This document shows, piece by piece, positions 1 to 9,806 of a stretch of DNA of 64,000 bases. The first letter of the stretch is position 1. Every line of letters starts with the position of its first letter. Under the pieces are notes generated by a model. That model did no database searches. It saw only the letters and a program-made list of their open reading frames with translations, and was not told where the DNA came from. A program made the translations under genes and the position numbers. Source of the DNA: an uncultured Oscillospiraceae bacterium (GTDB lineage: Bacteria; Bacillota; Clostridia; UMGS1883); contig CAZKBV010000001.1 of the NCBI GenBank assembly GCA_964551215.1, positions 5,412-69,411 on the forward strand, written 5' to 3'.

Positions 1-349
1 TTTTCAGCACAAAGCGGGTCTGAGGCATACAGCCCTCGAAGGCGTCCACAAGAAGGAGAACCCCGTCCGCCATTTTCAATCCGCGCTCAACCTCGCCGCC
101 GAAATCGGCGTGGCCGGGGGTGTCGATTATGTTTATCTTAACTCCGTTGTACACAAGACTTGTATTTTTGGCAAGTATCGTTATGCCTCTTTCACGCTCG
201 ATGTCGTTGGAGTCCATGACTCTTTCCTCCACCTGCTCGTTGTCGCGGAAAACTCCGCTCTGGCGGAGCATCGCGTCCACAAGGGTGGTTTTGCCGTGGT
301 CTACGTGAGCTATTATAGCTATATTTCTTATGTTCTTTGGATCTATCAT
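1..349 (-). CDS. typA: Translational GTPase TypA/BipA, N-terminal part (runs off the window)
   Basis: Reverse-strand translation from the ATG at 347-349 gives [32 protein letters not shown]...[14 protein letters not shown], i.e. G1 (AHVDHGKTT) and G3 (DTPGH) motifs of TypA/BipA. GGAGG RBS in revcomp of 353-365. No stop before position 1, so absent from the ORF track. Confidence 0.8.
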   Translation of the reverse strand, partial: MIDPKNIRNIAIIAHVDHGKTTLVDAMLRQSGVFRDNEQVEERVMDSNDIERERGITILAKNTSLVYNGVKINIIDTPGHADFGGEVERGLKMADGVLLLVDAFEGCMPQTRFVLK

Positions 350-448
350 ATGCTGTTCCTCCTGATGTTATTTTATGGCCGCGAAATTCGGCAGCGCGAA
401 CAACAATCGCCGCCCGTCCGAACGAAGACCGTATTTCTTTTAATCGCG

Positions 449-1054
449 TTACTCCTTATTTTTTCTTTTTTCCGTTACAAAACAGCTCCAGTTGTCGGCG
501 TATTGCAAAAGCAGCAGCAAAGGCCCTTCCCTCGTGGCGGCGGATTTGTTGTCGTCCACATACTGGCCGTCGTGGTAGACAATGGCCTGCGCCTCCTCCG
601 GAGTAAGGGGAAAACGGGAGGATATAAGATAAAGGCTTCTGACCGGCACGCTGATATATGTGAGAGAGTCGTTTACGCGGTAGGGTACGCCGGGGCTGAA
701 GCCGTACTGCTTCTGCTTTTCCGTAGGCTTGTTTTTTATATACAGGGGATTGCCCGGCATACCGGCTTTGCCAAGGTCGTGAAGCAGAGCCGTTATCACA
801 CAGCTTTCGGGGCTTATTTCCGGAGCCAGAGCCTCCCTTAGCTTCAGCATATTTTCGCAGACGTTTACGCTGTGTTCCAAAAGTCCGCCCTCACGGCAAA
901 GGTGAAAGCGGCTGCTTGCCGGAGCGGAAAGATACTCCGTTTCGTTTTCCACAAAGTCCATCAACGCCGCGAATTCCTCTTTTCTTTCCGTTACCGTTAA
1001 CTTAAAGCTTTCATATTTTTCTCTTACTGTCAACTCTTTCACCTCGCCAAGCAT
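449..1054 (-). CDS. HD-domain (HDIG) phosphohydrolase
   Basis: 201-aa ORF with RFHLCREGGLLEHS and LLHDLGK, the metal-binding H...HD signature. Confidence 0.6.
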   Translation of the reverse strand: MLGEVKELTVREKYESFKLTVTERKEEFAALMDFVENETEYLSAPASSRFHLCREGGLLEHSVNVCENMLKLREALAPEISPESCVITALLHDLGKAGMPGNPLYIKNKPTEKQKQYGFSPGVPYRVNDSLTYISVPVRSLYLISSRFPLTPEEAQAIVYHDGQYVDDNKSAATREGPLLLLLQYADNWSCFVTEKRKNKE

Positions 1055-1170
1055 AGTCTAAGGCTTTTACACCGCAAATATTTCACATGAAGTAAGCCGT
1101 AGCATTGTCATTATAGCATACTGCGGCTTAATTTTCAAGTGTTTTTTAAATTCCGCCATTACGGGCTTAT

Positions 1171-1596
1171 TCATTTGTCAAGCTTCGTTTTGTCGGCAAA
1201 AACACGGCCCGTTTTTCCTATATCATATATGAGCAAATGAAACGCGCTGTATACCGCCGCGAAAAATACCGGCAGCCAGATCCGCGCTTCTGTTCCAAGC
1301 CGGAGAGATGCCAATGCCACAAGCCCCAGCGCCGCGGTTTTTGCAAGGGATTTTAGCGACAGGCCAGCCATAGCAAGAATAAACATCCCCCAAAACAGCA
1401 TCGCGCTTTCCCCGACTATGGCCGCCGCGCATCCCGCCGAAAGACCCGCTATGGCAATCGCAAACGGCGACAGGCGCGGCGTCTGAGGCAGCGAAAAGAC
1501 CGTAAACGCCGCCAAAAAAGCAACTCCCTCCTTCAGCGCTCCCCCAAGATAGCAAAGCAGCAGTCCCGAAAACACCGTAAATATAAATTTTTTCAT
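1171..1596 (-). CDS. Small integral membrane protein, hypothetical
   Basis: 141-aa ORF, 4-5 hydrophobic segments, starts MKKFIF. The overlapping 168-aa frame (1223..1729) is judged spurious. Confidence 0.45.
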   Translation of the reverse strand: MKKFIFTVFSGLLLCYLGGALKEGVAFLAAFTVFSLPQTPRLSPFAIAIAGLSAGCAAAIVGESAMLFWGMFILAMAGLSLKSLAKTAALGLVALASLRLGTEARIWLPVFFAAVYSAFHLLIYDIGKTGRVFADKTKLDK

Positions 1597-1687
1597 ATTT
1601 TTCTCCCAATTTCACAGCCATATTAATTTCGCGCAGAATATTTTTCCCAAATTTGCCCTTTTTATTCCCCGGCGTACAAAATATATC

Positions 1688-1716
1688 TTGATATTGCCGT
1701 GATTTTCTGTTAAAAT
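1688..1716 (+). promoter_or_regulatory. Sigma-A type promoter upstream of hflX
   Basis: TTGATA at 1688-1693, 17-nt spacer, TAAAAT at 1711-1716. Confidence 0.45.
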
Positions 1717-1757
1717 AAATTAAGAACATAAATTTTTGTCCCTGTGAGGTGAAGCGT

Positions 1758-3020
1758 ATGACTGAAAATGAAAAGCAAATCGAAAAAGCTATCCTCTGCG
1801 GAGTTCACACCGGAAGCCTCGACCCGCTTTCCGACACAACGGAGGAAACCATAAATGAGCTTCGGGAACTGGCAAAGGCGGCCGGAGCGGAGGTTGCGGC
1901 GGTAATGGTGCAAAACCGCGAAAAGCCCGACGGCGCCGCCTACTTCGGAGAAGGAAAGCTTCTTGAATTAAAGGCCGCCGTGGACGAATACAGCGCAACC
2001 CTCGTCATATTCGATGACGAGCTTACGGGGAGCCAGATCCGCAATATAGAAAATGCCGCCGGAGCAAGAGTAATCGACCGAAGCGCCCTTATCCTCGACA
2101 TTTTTGCCGGAAGAGCCCGCTCCAAGGAGGGAAAAATACAGGTGGAGCTTGCGCAGCTTCGGTATAATCTGCCTCGGCTTATAGGCATGGGAACTCAGCT
2201 CAGCCGTCTGGGCGGCGGCATAGGCACGAGAGGCCCCGGCGAAACTAAGCTGGAAAGCGACCGCCGCCACATCCGCCGACGGATAGAAGCTCTTGAGGAG
2301 GAGCTTAAAGAGGTGGAAAAACGCCGCGCCCTTTTGAGAGAGCGCAGAAATAAGGACGGAGTTTATACCGCCGCGTTGGTGGGCTATACCAACGCCGGAA
2401 AAAGCAGCCTTTTAAACTACATTACGGATTCCGACATTTTCGCCGAAAATATGCTTTTCGCCACTCTCGACCCCACTGTGAGGGCCTTAAAGCTTAAGGA
2501 CGGCAGAAACGCCTGCCTTATTGACACCGTTGGCTTTATCCGCAAGCTCCCCCACCACCTTATAAAGGCCTTTCGTTCCACGTTGGAGGAGGCCTGCGAG
2601 GCCGACGTACTTCTGCACGTCATAGACGCGGCGGACAGTGAAATGCAAAATCACATACGGGTTGTGGATGAGCTTTTGGGGGAGCTTAAATGCAAGGCGC
2701 GGCGCACCATCGCGGTGTTTAACAAATGCGACATAGCCCCTCCCCTTTTTCCCCGGCCAAAGGGAGAATATACGGACTTCGCCTTTGTCAGCGCCGCCAC
2801 GGGGGAAGGAATCGACCGCCTTATGGAAATTCTGGAGGACGCCCTCCCCGGCAAAAAGCGTGAAATTACCGTGCTGATTCCATATTCGGAAAGCGGAACC
2901 GCCGCAAGGCTCCACGACGGCGAGGTCATAATTTCCCAAAGTTATGAGTCCGACGGCATAAAAATAACTCTTATGGCGGACGAAGCCCTTTACGCCGCTT
3001 TGAAGGAGTATATAATATGA
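1758..3020 (+). CDS. hflX: GTPase HflX
   Basis: Glycine-rich N-domain followed by G domain: GYTNAGKSSLLN, DTVGFI, NKCD. ATG at 1758 preceded by GAGGTG. The ORF track extends to a GTG at 1749. Confidence 0.85.
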   Translation: MTENEKQIEKAILCGVHTGSLDPLSDTTEETINELRELAKAAGAEVAAVMVQNREKPDGAAYFGEGKLLELKAAVDEYSATLVIFDDELTGSQIRNIENAAGARVIDRSALILDIFAGRARSKEGKIQVELAQLRYNLPRLIGMGTQLSRLGGGIGTRGPGETKLESDRRHIRRRIEALEEELKEVEKRRALLRERRNKDGVYTAALVGYTNAGKSSLLNYITDSDIFAENMLFATLDPTVRALKLKDGRNACLIDTVGFIRKLPHHLIKAFRSTLEEACEADVLLHVIDAADSEMQNHIRVVDELLGELKCKARRTIAVFNKCDIAPPLFPRPKGEYTDFAFVSAATGEGIDRLMEILEDALPGKKREITVLIPYSESGTAARLHDGEVIISQSYESDGIKITLMADEALYAALKEYII

Positions 3021-3646
3021 CGGGAAGCTACAAGACCGTAAAGCAGGGGGCGTTTGCCGAAATGACGGAAAGAAAAAGCCGCTTTATCGGATACTGCCGC
3101 CCTGTTTCCACAGAGGAGGAAGCCATTGAATTTATCAACGCCGTCCGCGCCAAGCACAGAGAGGCGACCCACAACGTATACGCCTACATCCTCCGCGCAA
3201 ACAACGTAATGCGCTACAGCGACGACGGAGAACCCTCCGGTACGGCGGGAGTCCCCGTGCTGGAGGTGCTGAGGAAGGAAGGCCTGACGGACACGGCCTT
3301 GGTCGTTACACGCTATTTCGGCGGCGTTTTGCTGGGGGCCGGCGGGCTTGTGCGCGCCTACGGCAAAAGCGCAAAGCTGGGGGTGGACGCCGCCGTAAGG
3401 GTGGAGATGCGTCCGTGTCGGGTGTATTCCGTAAAAACCGACTACGGTCTTTACGGAAGGCTTCAGTATACTCTGACGGAAAACGGATACATACTGAAGG
3501 ATGTAATTTTTACCGACGCGGTGGAGCTGAAGGTCTGTGTTGAGCTTGACCGCTGTACGGCCTTTGAAAAGCTCATCACCGAAACCTCCGGCGGAAAATC
3601 CGCCGCCGTCCCCCGCTCGGAGGAATATGTTCAATTTGAGCTTTGA
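3017..3646 (+). CDS. yigZ: YigZ/IMPACT family protein (UPF0029)
   Basis: N-terminal KSRFIGY...HNVYAY...DDGEPSGTAG pattern of the IMPACT/YigZ family. AAGGAG RBS; ATGA overlap with the hflX stop. Confidence 0.7.
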   Translation: MTGSYKTVKQGAFAEMTERKSRFIGYCRPVSTEEEAIEFINAVRAKHREATHNVYAYILRANNVMRYSDDGEPSGTAGVPVLEVLRKEGLTDTALVVTRYFGGVLLGAGGLVRAYGKSAKLGVDAAVRVEMRPCRVYSVKTDYGLYGRLQYTLTENGYILKDVIFTDAVELKVCVELDRCTAFEKLITETSGGKSAAVPRSEEYVQFEL

Positions 3647-3772
3647 GCGAAAAGACAAACAAAGACAAACATTAACAGTTTATTTACAATTTTGTTTTAG
3701 AAATTTCTTTTATATAGTGTAAAATAATTTTAAGGAAAGAATATGCGGAAAAAATATGCGGGGTGATTTTAT

Positions 3773-4225
3773 ATGGGCAGGAAAATTTTACTCATTAACG
3801 GGCCTAATATGAATATGCTCGGAATACGCCAGCCGGAAATTTACGGTCGGGATACCTTGGAAGACATAGAGGCTCTGACGAAAGCAAAGGCTGAGGAGCT
3901 GGGGTACGAATGTGAATGTTTCCAATCCAACTACGAAGGCGCGGTGGTGGAAGCCATCCACAAGGCCTATGGCCGTATCGACGGCATCGTAATGAATCCC
4001 GCCGCGTTCACCCACTACAGCTACGCCGTAGCCGACGCCGTAAGCTCTGTGGGGATTCCCACCATAGAGGTTCATATGTCCGATATTCACAACCGTGAAA
4101 GCTTCCGTCACAACAGCGTCATTTTGCCCTACTGTATAGGGCAGGTGGCCGGTCACGGAAAGCAAAGCTATACAATTGCCGTTGAAAAGCTGGCGGCGCA
4201 TTTGGAGGGTATAGCAAATGTATGA
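3773..4225 (+). CDS. aroQ: Type II 3-dehydroquinate dehydratase
   Basis: 150 aa: ILLINGPNMNMLGIRQPEIYG...ECFQSNYEGAVVEAIH...NPAAFTHYSYA. Canonical AroQ. Confidence 0.85.
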   Translation: MGRKILLINGPNMNMLGIRQPEIYGRDTLEDIEALTKAKAEELGYECECFQSNYEGAVVEAIHKAYGRIDGIVMNPAAFTHYSYAVADAVSSVGIPTIEVHMSDIHNRESFRHNSVILPYCIGQVAGHGKQSYTIAVEKLAAHLEGIANV

Positions 4226-5288
4226 CGCGAGAATCAACCGACTGCTGGCCGCTATGAAAGCAAAGGGCGCCGACGCCGTGCTTATCGCTTCTCCCGAAAA
4301 CAGATTTTTTATAAGCGGCTTCACGGGAGATACGGGGGCTGTTCTGATAACGGAAAAAAGCCGCACCCTCTTTGTGGAACAACGCTATGCCCTTCAGGCC
4401 GCAATGGAAACAAAAGGCTTTAATATAGTCAACACCTCCGGCGGGCTTTACAACAGCATTAACGACACCATTCTTGCCGACGGCGCAAGGCAAATAATTT
4501 ACGAGGACAGATATTTTTCCGTCAGCACGTACCGCTCCTTAAAAAAGAACCTCCGTTACGAGGAGCTTATACCGGCGGGAGATATGATGCTGAGAATACG
4601 CGTTATAAAGGATGAGCCGGAAATCGCCGCCATGAGAGACGCGGCCAAAATAACGGACGAGGCCTTTGAATACGTCCGCTCCCTGCTTCATGTGGGGGCC
4701 GGCGAAAGGGACATTGCCCTTAAAGCGCAAATACGGCTCATGGAGCTGGGCGTCCAAGGCTTTCCCTGCCGCCCATGCGTGGTTTCCGGGGCGAGAACCT
4801 CCATGCCCTCGGCGGTTTCCGGGGCAAAAGAGCTTGCCTTCGGGGATATCGTTATCGTTTCTTTGGGCATAATATATAAGGGTTACTGCTCCGACTGCTG
4901 CCGGACGTACTTTATGGGCAGCGCGGACGAAGATGGCCGCGAAATGTTTGAGGCTGTTTTTTCCGTAAGAAACGCTGTTCTTTCCGAAGCCAAAACAGGA
5001 ACGCCCTGCGCCGCTGTGGACGCGGCGGCGAGAAACGGCTTTACCCGTCTCGGATACCGCGAAGGATATATCCACAGCGCCGGTCACGGGATAGGTATTT
5101 CCGCTATGGAGCTTCCTTATATAAATCTGCGCAGCTCCGACACCTTGTGTACCAATATGACGGCGTCTCTCGGAGCGGGGATATACAAAAGCGGCTACGG
5201 CGGAGTACGCATAACCGATTCGGCTGTAATAACCCCCGACGGATGCGAAAAGCTGACCAATTCCCCCGACGAACTTACGGTGCTGTAA
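4218..5288 (+). CDS. M24 family Xaa-Pro aminopeptidase/dipeptidase
   Basis: Creatinase N-domain plus pita-bread fold with metal-ligand region HSAGHGIGI. The aroQ - M24 peptidase - efp order matches the Bacillus yqhS-yqhT-efp cluster. Confidence 0.8.
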   Translation: MYDARINRLLAAMKAKGADAVLIASPENRFFISGFTGDTGAVLITEKSRTLFVEQRYALQAAMETKGFNIVNTSGGLYNSINDTILADGARQIIYEDRYFSVSTYRSLKKNLRYEELIPAGDMMLRIRVIKDEPEIAAMRDAAKITDEAFEYVRSLLHVGAGERDIALKAQIRLMELGVQGFPCRPCVVSGARTSMPSAVSGAKELAFGDIVIVSLGIIYKGYCSDCCRTYFMGSADEDGREMFEAVFSVRNAVLSEAKTGTPCAAVDAAARNGFTRLGYREGYIHSAGHGIGISAMELPYINLRSSDTLCTNMTASLGAGIYKSGYGGVRITDSAVITPDGCEKLTNSPDELTVL

Positions 5289-5316
5289 AATTTTAGAATT
5301 ATTTTATAAAAAAGAC

Positions 5317-5345
5317 TTGATTATTTTCCTGATTTGTTGTATTAT
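5317..5345 (+). promoter_or_regulatory. Sigma-A promoter upstream of efp
   Basis: TTGATT at 5317-5322, 17-nt spacer, TATTAT at 5340-5345. Confidence 0.45.
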
Positions 5346-5380
5346 AGTAATACGATACAAAGATGAAAGGAAGATTTGAA

Positions 5381-5938
5381 ATGATTTCCGCAGGCGATTT
5401 CAGAAACGGAGTAACTTTTGAATATGATGGAAACGTATATCAGATTATAGAATTCCAACATGTTAAGCCCGGCAAGGGCGCGGCGTTCGTAAGAACAAAA
5501 ATCAAGAACGTTATCTCCGGCGGTGTGGTTGAAAAAACCTTTAATCCCACCGACAAAATGCCCAAGGCTCATATAGAGCGCAAGGACATGGAATATCTTT
5601 ATAACGACGGCGATCTTTACTACTTTATGGATCCCGAAACCTATGAGCAGATTCCCATCGGAACAGACAAGCTGGGCGACGCCCTCAAGTTTGTTAAGGA
5701 GAATATGCAGGTAAAGGTGCTTTCCTATAAGGGGAATATTTTCGGCATCGAGCCTCCCAATTTTGTTGAGCTTAAGATAATTGATACCGAGCCCGGCTTT
5801 GCCGGCAATACGGCTCAGGGCGCGACAAAGCCCGCAACTCTGGAAACCGGCGCCGTGGTTCAGGTTCCCTTGTTTATCGACAACGGCGAGGTTATCCGTA
5901 TTGACACCCGCACCGGCGAATATATGTCCCGTGCATAA
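5381..5938 (+). CDS. efp: Elongation factor P
   Basis: [44 protein letters not shown] is a canonical EF-P N-terminus. ATG at 5381 has an AGGAAG RBS; the ORF track starts 6 codons earlier at 5363. Confidence 0.9.
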   Translation: MISAGDFRNGVTFEYDGNVYQIIEFQHVKPGKGAAFVRTKIKNVISGGVVEKTFNPTDKMPKAHIERKDMEYLYNDGDLYYFMDPETYEQIPIGTDKLGDALKFVKENMQVKVLSYKGNIFGIEPPNFVELKIIDTEPGFAGNTAQGATKPATLETGAVVQVPLFIDNGEVIRIDTRTGEYMSRA

Positions 5939-5962
5939 TTAATTTTTTAAGGAGGTAGCAAA

Positions 5963-6382
5963 ATGAGCTACTTAACAGAACAGGCATCCTATCTCAAAGG
6001 TTTATACGACGGCGGCGATATTGACACTTCCTCCAAGGAAGGCAAGCTTATTAACGCTCTTATTTCTCTTGTGGGCGATATGGCCGATGAAATTCAGGAA
6101 CTCACCGAAGAGCTTGACGAAATGCAAGGTCTTGTAGACGAAATTGACGAGGCTCTCGGAGATGTTGAAGACGATTTATACGGCTATGACGATGAAGAAG
6201 ATGAGGACTGGGATTTTGACGATGACGACGAGTTTGCCCTCGAATGTCCCAACTGCGGCGATACTATCTATCTCGATCCCGCCCTTTTGGAGGGCGACGA
6301 CCGAACCGTTGTATGCCCCAACTGCAAGGAAGAAATCGAGCTTGAAATCTCCGACGACTGCGATTGCGGCTGTGAGGACTGA
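5963..6382 (+). CDS. Highly acidic small protein with C-terminal CxxC...CxxC zinc ribbon, hypothetical
   Basis: 139 aa with an Asp/Glu-rich central stretch (DDEEDEDWDFDDDDE), then CPNCGD...CPNCKEE. AAGGAGG RBS. A rho-independent terminator follows. Confidence 0.5.
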   Translation: MSYLTEQASYLKGLYDGGDIDTSSKEGKLINALISLVGDMADEIQELTEELDEMQGLVDEIDEALGDVEDDLYGYDDEEDEDWDFDDDDEFALECPNCGDTIYLDPALLEGDDRTVVCPNCKEEIELEISDDCDCGCED

Positions 6383-6426
6383 CGGGCAGCGGTTTACAGC
6401 CTTTAAAAACATTTAAAAAGCAAGGT

Positions 6427-6473
6427 AAAGCTCCCTAATCCGGCTTAAGGGCATGGATTCGGGAGCTTTTTAT
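6427..6473 (+). terminator. Rho-independent terminator after the acidic Zn-ribbon gene
   Basis: AAAGCTCCC (6427-6435) pairs with GGGAGCTTT (6461-6469), inner AATCC/GGATT stem, then TTAT. Confidence 0.5.
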
Positions 6474-6487
6474 CGGAGGAGGGAATT

Positions 6488-6979
6488 ATGATGTATAAAG
6501 CCTTTTATTCCTCGCCCATAGGCGAGCTTGCCCTTGCCGGAGACTCGGAAGGGCTGACCGGCCTTTGGTTTGTCGGCGGCAAATATTTCGGCGGTCCATA
6601 TGACTGCGAGGAAAAGGAAATTCCCCTGTTTAACGAAGTCCGCCGCTGGCTGGATATTTATTTTTCGGGAACGGAGCCGGACTTTACTCCGCCCCTGCGG
6701 CTTTCCGGCACGGATTTTCAGCTTTCCGTTTGGGAGGAGCTTTTGAAAATACCCTACGGCGAAACCGTTACTTACGGAGAGCTTGCCCGCGTAATTGCTC
6801 GGAAAAAAGGCGGCGGCAGAATGTCCGCCCAAGCAATCGGCCAAGCGGCGTGGCGCAATAAAATTTCAATTATTGTTCCTTGCCATCGGGTTGTGGGCGC
6901 GGACGGCAGTCTTACAGGATACGCCGGAGGGCCGGACAAAAAAATCGCGTTGTTAAAAATTGAGGGCGGATTAATGTAA
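6488..6979 (+). CDS. ogt: Methylated-DNA--protein-cysteine methyltransferase
   Basis: Active-site IIVPCHRVVGADGSLTGYAGG and an upstream DNA-binding helix. GGAGGAGGG RBS. Confidence 0.8.
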   Translation: MMYKAFYSSPIGELALAGDSEGLTGLWFVGGKYFGGPYDCEEKEIPLFNEVRRWLDIYFSGTEPDFTPPLRLSGTDFQLSVWEELLKIPYGETVTYGELARVIARKKGGGRMSAQAIGQAAWRNKISIIVPCHRVVGADGSLTGYAGGPDKKIALLKIEGGLM

Positions 6980-6985
6980 ATTATG

Positions 6986-7028
6986 TTTTTTTCAATCTTC
7001 TTTTCAGCGTGAAAAGAAGATTGAAAAA
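6986..7028. terminator. Bidirectional rho-independent terminator between convergent ogt and histidine kinase genes
   Basis: Perfect 14-bp stem CAATCTTCTTTTCA / TGAAAAGAAGATTG with a 3-nt loop, flanked by TTTTTTT and AAAAA. Confidence 0.7.
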
Positions 7029-7053
7029 GGTAATAGACCTGCCGCGGCGGAGG

Positions 7054-9087
7054 TTATCGCGCCTTGTTAAGTTCCACACTTGCCTTAAACAAATCCCCGT
7101 CCACTGATATTGCAAATTTGCCGCCGCAAAGCTCCGTATAGCTTTTAACTATGGCAAGCCCCAGCCCGCTGCCTTCGGTAGTTCGGGAAGCGTCGCCCCG
7201 AACGAAACGCTCGGTAATTTCCTCAGGTTCAAAATTCAGCGGAGCGGAGGATATGTTTTTGATTTCCATTATCGCGCTCTCGGCGGTTTCCGTAAGCTTT
7301 ACGTAAACGCGGGTACCCTTCATGGAATACTTCACCGCATTGACGATGAGATTTTCAAAAACCCGCGACAGCTTCTTTCCGTCGGCGTTTACGAACGTTT
7401 CATTTTCGGGAATGGACGTCACAAAGCTTAGGCCGCTGTTTTCGATTTCATTGTTCAGCTCCCCCAAGGACTGGCGAAGCAAAAGGCAAATGTCCAGCTT
7501 TTCAATATTTACGGTTTCATTGCCGCTTTCCGCCTTGGACACATCGAACAGGTCGGAGGTAAGCTTTTTCAGCCGGTCGCCCTTTTGCTTTATGATTTTC
7601 GCGTAGTCGTTGGCTTCCTTGGGGGAAAGCTCCATTCCGGCCAGCAAATCCGCGTAGCTGATTATGGATGTAAGGGGAGTTTTCAAATCGTGGGACACAT
7701 TTGTAATAAGCTCGCTTTTCATGCGCTGAGCTTTGACCTCACGCTCCACCCCGATTTTCACCCCTTCGTTTATGGAGTTCAGGGCTTCGGCGGCATTGGC
7801 CAGCAGCTCGGTCGTGCAGCCCTCTATCTTATAGTCCGTGTTGCCGCTGCGTATTTGGGAAATGCCGGTATCGATTTTGTCAAGCTGAACAAGATAACGA
7901 TAGAGGAAAACCCCTCCGACGGCAATCACCGCAATGAATAAAAAGCTCTGTATTGCGCAAAGAAACGCCAAAACAAGGCTGTATACCCCGAAAAGTGCCA
8001 GCATTACGCGGCCGGGCTTATTGCCGCAAAGGTAATTAAACGCCGTTTTTGCGCCATTTAACGCAAGTTTTCCCTTTTCGAGGAGCCATTTCGCGACGCG
8101 TATAAGCAATCCTCCGCAGTATTTAACCGCTTTCAGGCATAATATCCGCGAAACAAAGGTTCCATTCTTCATGTTTCTCACAAGGGACTGTGTTGTCGCT
8201 ACGAATATTCCCGTGGCGGCAATGGCCGCAAGAACGGAAAGAGGCGCCATAAGTTCCGCCGCTCCCTTAATGACCTCATACATGGCAGATACGCTCAGTA
8301 AAGTGAGAAAAAACGCGCCGCCTATCCCCGCAGCCGCCGTGATTTCCACAAAAGCACGGTCTATAAGCAGAGTGTGTACCTCGTCGTCATCGTTCTTTCT
8401 GCCGCATACGTACAGCAGATATATCCAAAGCGCCAAAGCGAGAAGCACGTCTGCGGCGGCAATGTAAATGTCGATAATCATTTTTCGCCTGCTGTTGCTC
8501 CAACTATATTCCGCTCCCCAATATTTTTCGCTTTTTAATCCCACATAAGCCTTGTATGGCAGGGGCCAGTCGTTGTCTATGCTGTGCCACTCGTTCCCGG
8601 ACTCGGTGTATGTAGGCTCAGGCGCTTCGTACGTAGTATAAGTAATACCATACGCTAAGTCACCGTCTGTCGTTACCACAGACAAATGCGCTTCATCACC
8701 TTCACCCGTTGAGCCTTCATTTTCCGGCATCGCGTTTTCAAGACTGCACCACCACGGCAAGCTCTTTACAGCTTCTTCCGCGTCCTCGGCGGAGCTGTAT
8801 TCGGTAAGGTTTGTGAAAACCCTTCCGCCGCCTTCAATGTAATATTCCGCGTAGTCTAAGCGTTCGAGATGCCGCGCGGCAGATTCCATATCTTCGCTAA
8901 GTATGAAACGAATGCTTGCCATATTTTGGAAAATTTCGCTGTCTTCAAAGCTGCTCTCAAAGCGATACCCGCCACGGGCAAATAAATCCCCCATATCCGC
9001 AATCAGCCCCGCAAACACTCCGGCGCAAATGAGTATCAGCAGGAACGCCGCCGCTTTTGCCGGTGAGCTTTTGAATATTCTTTTCAT
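7054..9087 (-). CDS. Sensor histidine kinase, multi-TM with a ~170-aa extracytoplasmic domain
   Basis: HisKA H-box ITNVSHDLKTPLTSI, and HATPase_c N/G boxes (NLIVNAVKYS...GSGLGLAIV). An N-terminal TM, a ~170-aa acidic ectodomain, then several TM helices. Confidence 0.8.
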   Translation of the reverse strand: MKRIFKSSPAKAAAFLLILICAGVFAGLIADMGDLFARGGYRFESSFEDSEIFQNMASIRFILSEDMESAARHLERLDYAEYYIEGGGRVFTNLTEYSSAEDAEEAVKSLPWWCSLENAMPENEGSTGEGDEAHLSVVTTDGDLAYGITYTTYEAPEPTYTESGNEWHSIDNDWPLPYKAYVGLKSEKYWGAEYSWSNSRRKMIIDIYIAAADVLLALALWIYLLYVCGRKNDDDEVHTLLIDRAFVEITAAAGIGGAFFLTLLSVSAMYEVIKGAAELMAPLSVLAAIAATGIFVATTQSLVRNMKNGTFVSRILCLKAVKYCGGLLIRVAKWLLEKGKLALNGAKTAFNYLCGNKPGRVMLALFGVYSLVLAFLCAIQSFLFIAVIAVGGVFLYRYLVQLDKIDTGISQIRSGNTDYKIEGCTTELLANAAEALNSINEGVKIGVEREVKAQRMKSELITNVSHDLKTPLTSIISYADLLAGMELSPKEANDYAKIIKQKGDRLKKLTSDLFDVSKAESGNETVNIEKLDICLLLRQSLGELNNEIENSGLSFVTSIPENETFVNADGKKLSRVFENLIVNAVKYSMKGTRVYVKLTETAESAIMEIKNISSAPLNFEPEEITERFVRGDASRTTEGSGLGLAIVKSYTELCGGKFAISVDGDLFKASVELNKAR

Positions 9088-9806
9088 GGCTTTTCCTCCT
9101 TAATTGTTCCGCCCGAAGGAACCGTATTCATCTTATAGCCTATTCCCCACACGACCTTGACGTAGCGGGGTTCCTTGGGATTGATTTCGATTTTTTCCCG
9201 TATATGACGGATATGTACGGCGATGGTGTTGTCGCTGACGGCGTAGTCCTCGTTCCACACAAGGCGGTAAATTTCGTCGGCGGAAAAAACCTTCCCCGGA
9301 GACTTGCTCAAAAGCTCCAGTATTCGGTACTCCATGGGAGTGAGCTTGACCTCTTTGCCGTCCACGCTGACGCTTTTCGCTTCGGTATCCACCACAAGTC
9401 CGCCTATTACGATTTTATTTTCCGTTTCCACCGCGCTTCCAAGCCGAGTGTACCGTCGAAGCTGGGACTTGGCTCTTGCCACCAGTTCCGCCGGATTAAA
9501 GGGCTTCGTCACATAATCGTCCGCTCCGGCTGTAAGGCCGAGAATTTTGTCGGCGTCCTCGCTTTTTGCGCTGAGCAGAATTACGGGGATGTTTTTTGAT
9601 TTTCGGATGCTCATCAGGGTTTCTATACCGTCCATCTCCGGCATCATAATGTCCAGAATTATAAGGTGTATATTCTGCCGAACAGCCGCGTCAAGAGCCT
9701 CTATCCCGTTATAGGCCTTTATAACATCATACCCTTCCGCGCGCAGATAAATGGAAATACTTTCCACTATTTCCCTGTCGTCGTCCACAACAAGTATTGT
9801 CTGCAT
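9084..9806 (-). CDS. OmpR-family response regulator
   Basis: MQTILVVDDDREIVESI receiver domain plus a winged-helix C-terminus (YRLVWNEDY...VHIRHIREK). ATG at 9806 has an AAGGAGG RBS. The ORF track extends 13 codons further upstream. Confidence 0.85.
   Translation of the reverse strand: MQTILVVDDDREIVESISIYLRAEGYDVIKAYNGIEALDAAVRQNIHLIILDIMMPEMDGIETLMSIRKSKNIPVILLSAKSEDADKILGLTAGADDYVTKPFNPAELVARAKSQLRRYTRLGSAVETENKIVIGGLVVDTEAKSVSVDGKEVKLTPMEYRILELLSKSPGKVFSADEIYRLVWNEDYAVSDNTIAVHIRHIREKIEINPKEPRYVKVVWGIGYKMNTVPSGGTIKEEKP

Noticed and set aside
110-841. 243-aa plus-strand ORF at the window start
   Set aside because: Lies antisense to the typA N-terminus and the HD-domain gene, has low-complexity composition and no RBS.
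1100-1140. Imperfect 9-bp hairpin AAGCCGTAG...CTGCGGCTT between the HD gene and the membrane protein gene
   Set aside because: No adjacent U-tract on either strand. It sits in a divergent/convergent junction where a promoter is equally plausible. Not confidently a terminator.
3647-3772. Short direct repeats (AAAGACAAACA x2; ATATGCGG x2) between yigZ and aroQ
   Set aside because: Only two copies each, AT-rich promoter-region context. Insufficient evidence for a functional repeat element.
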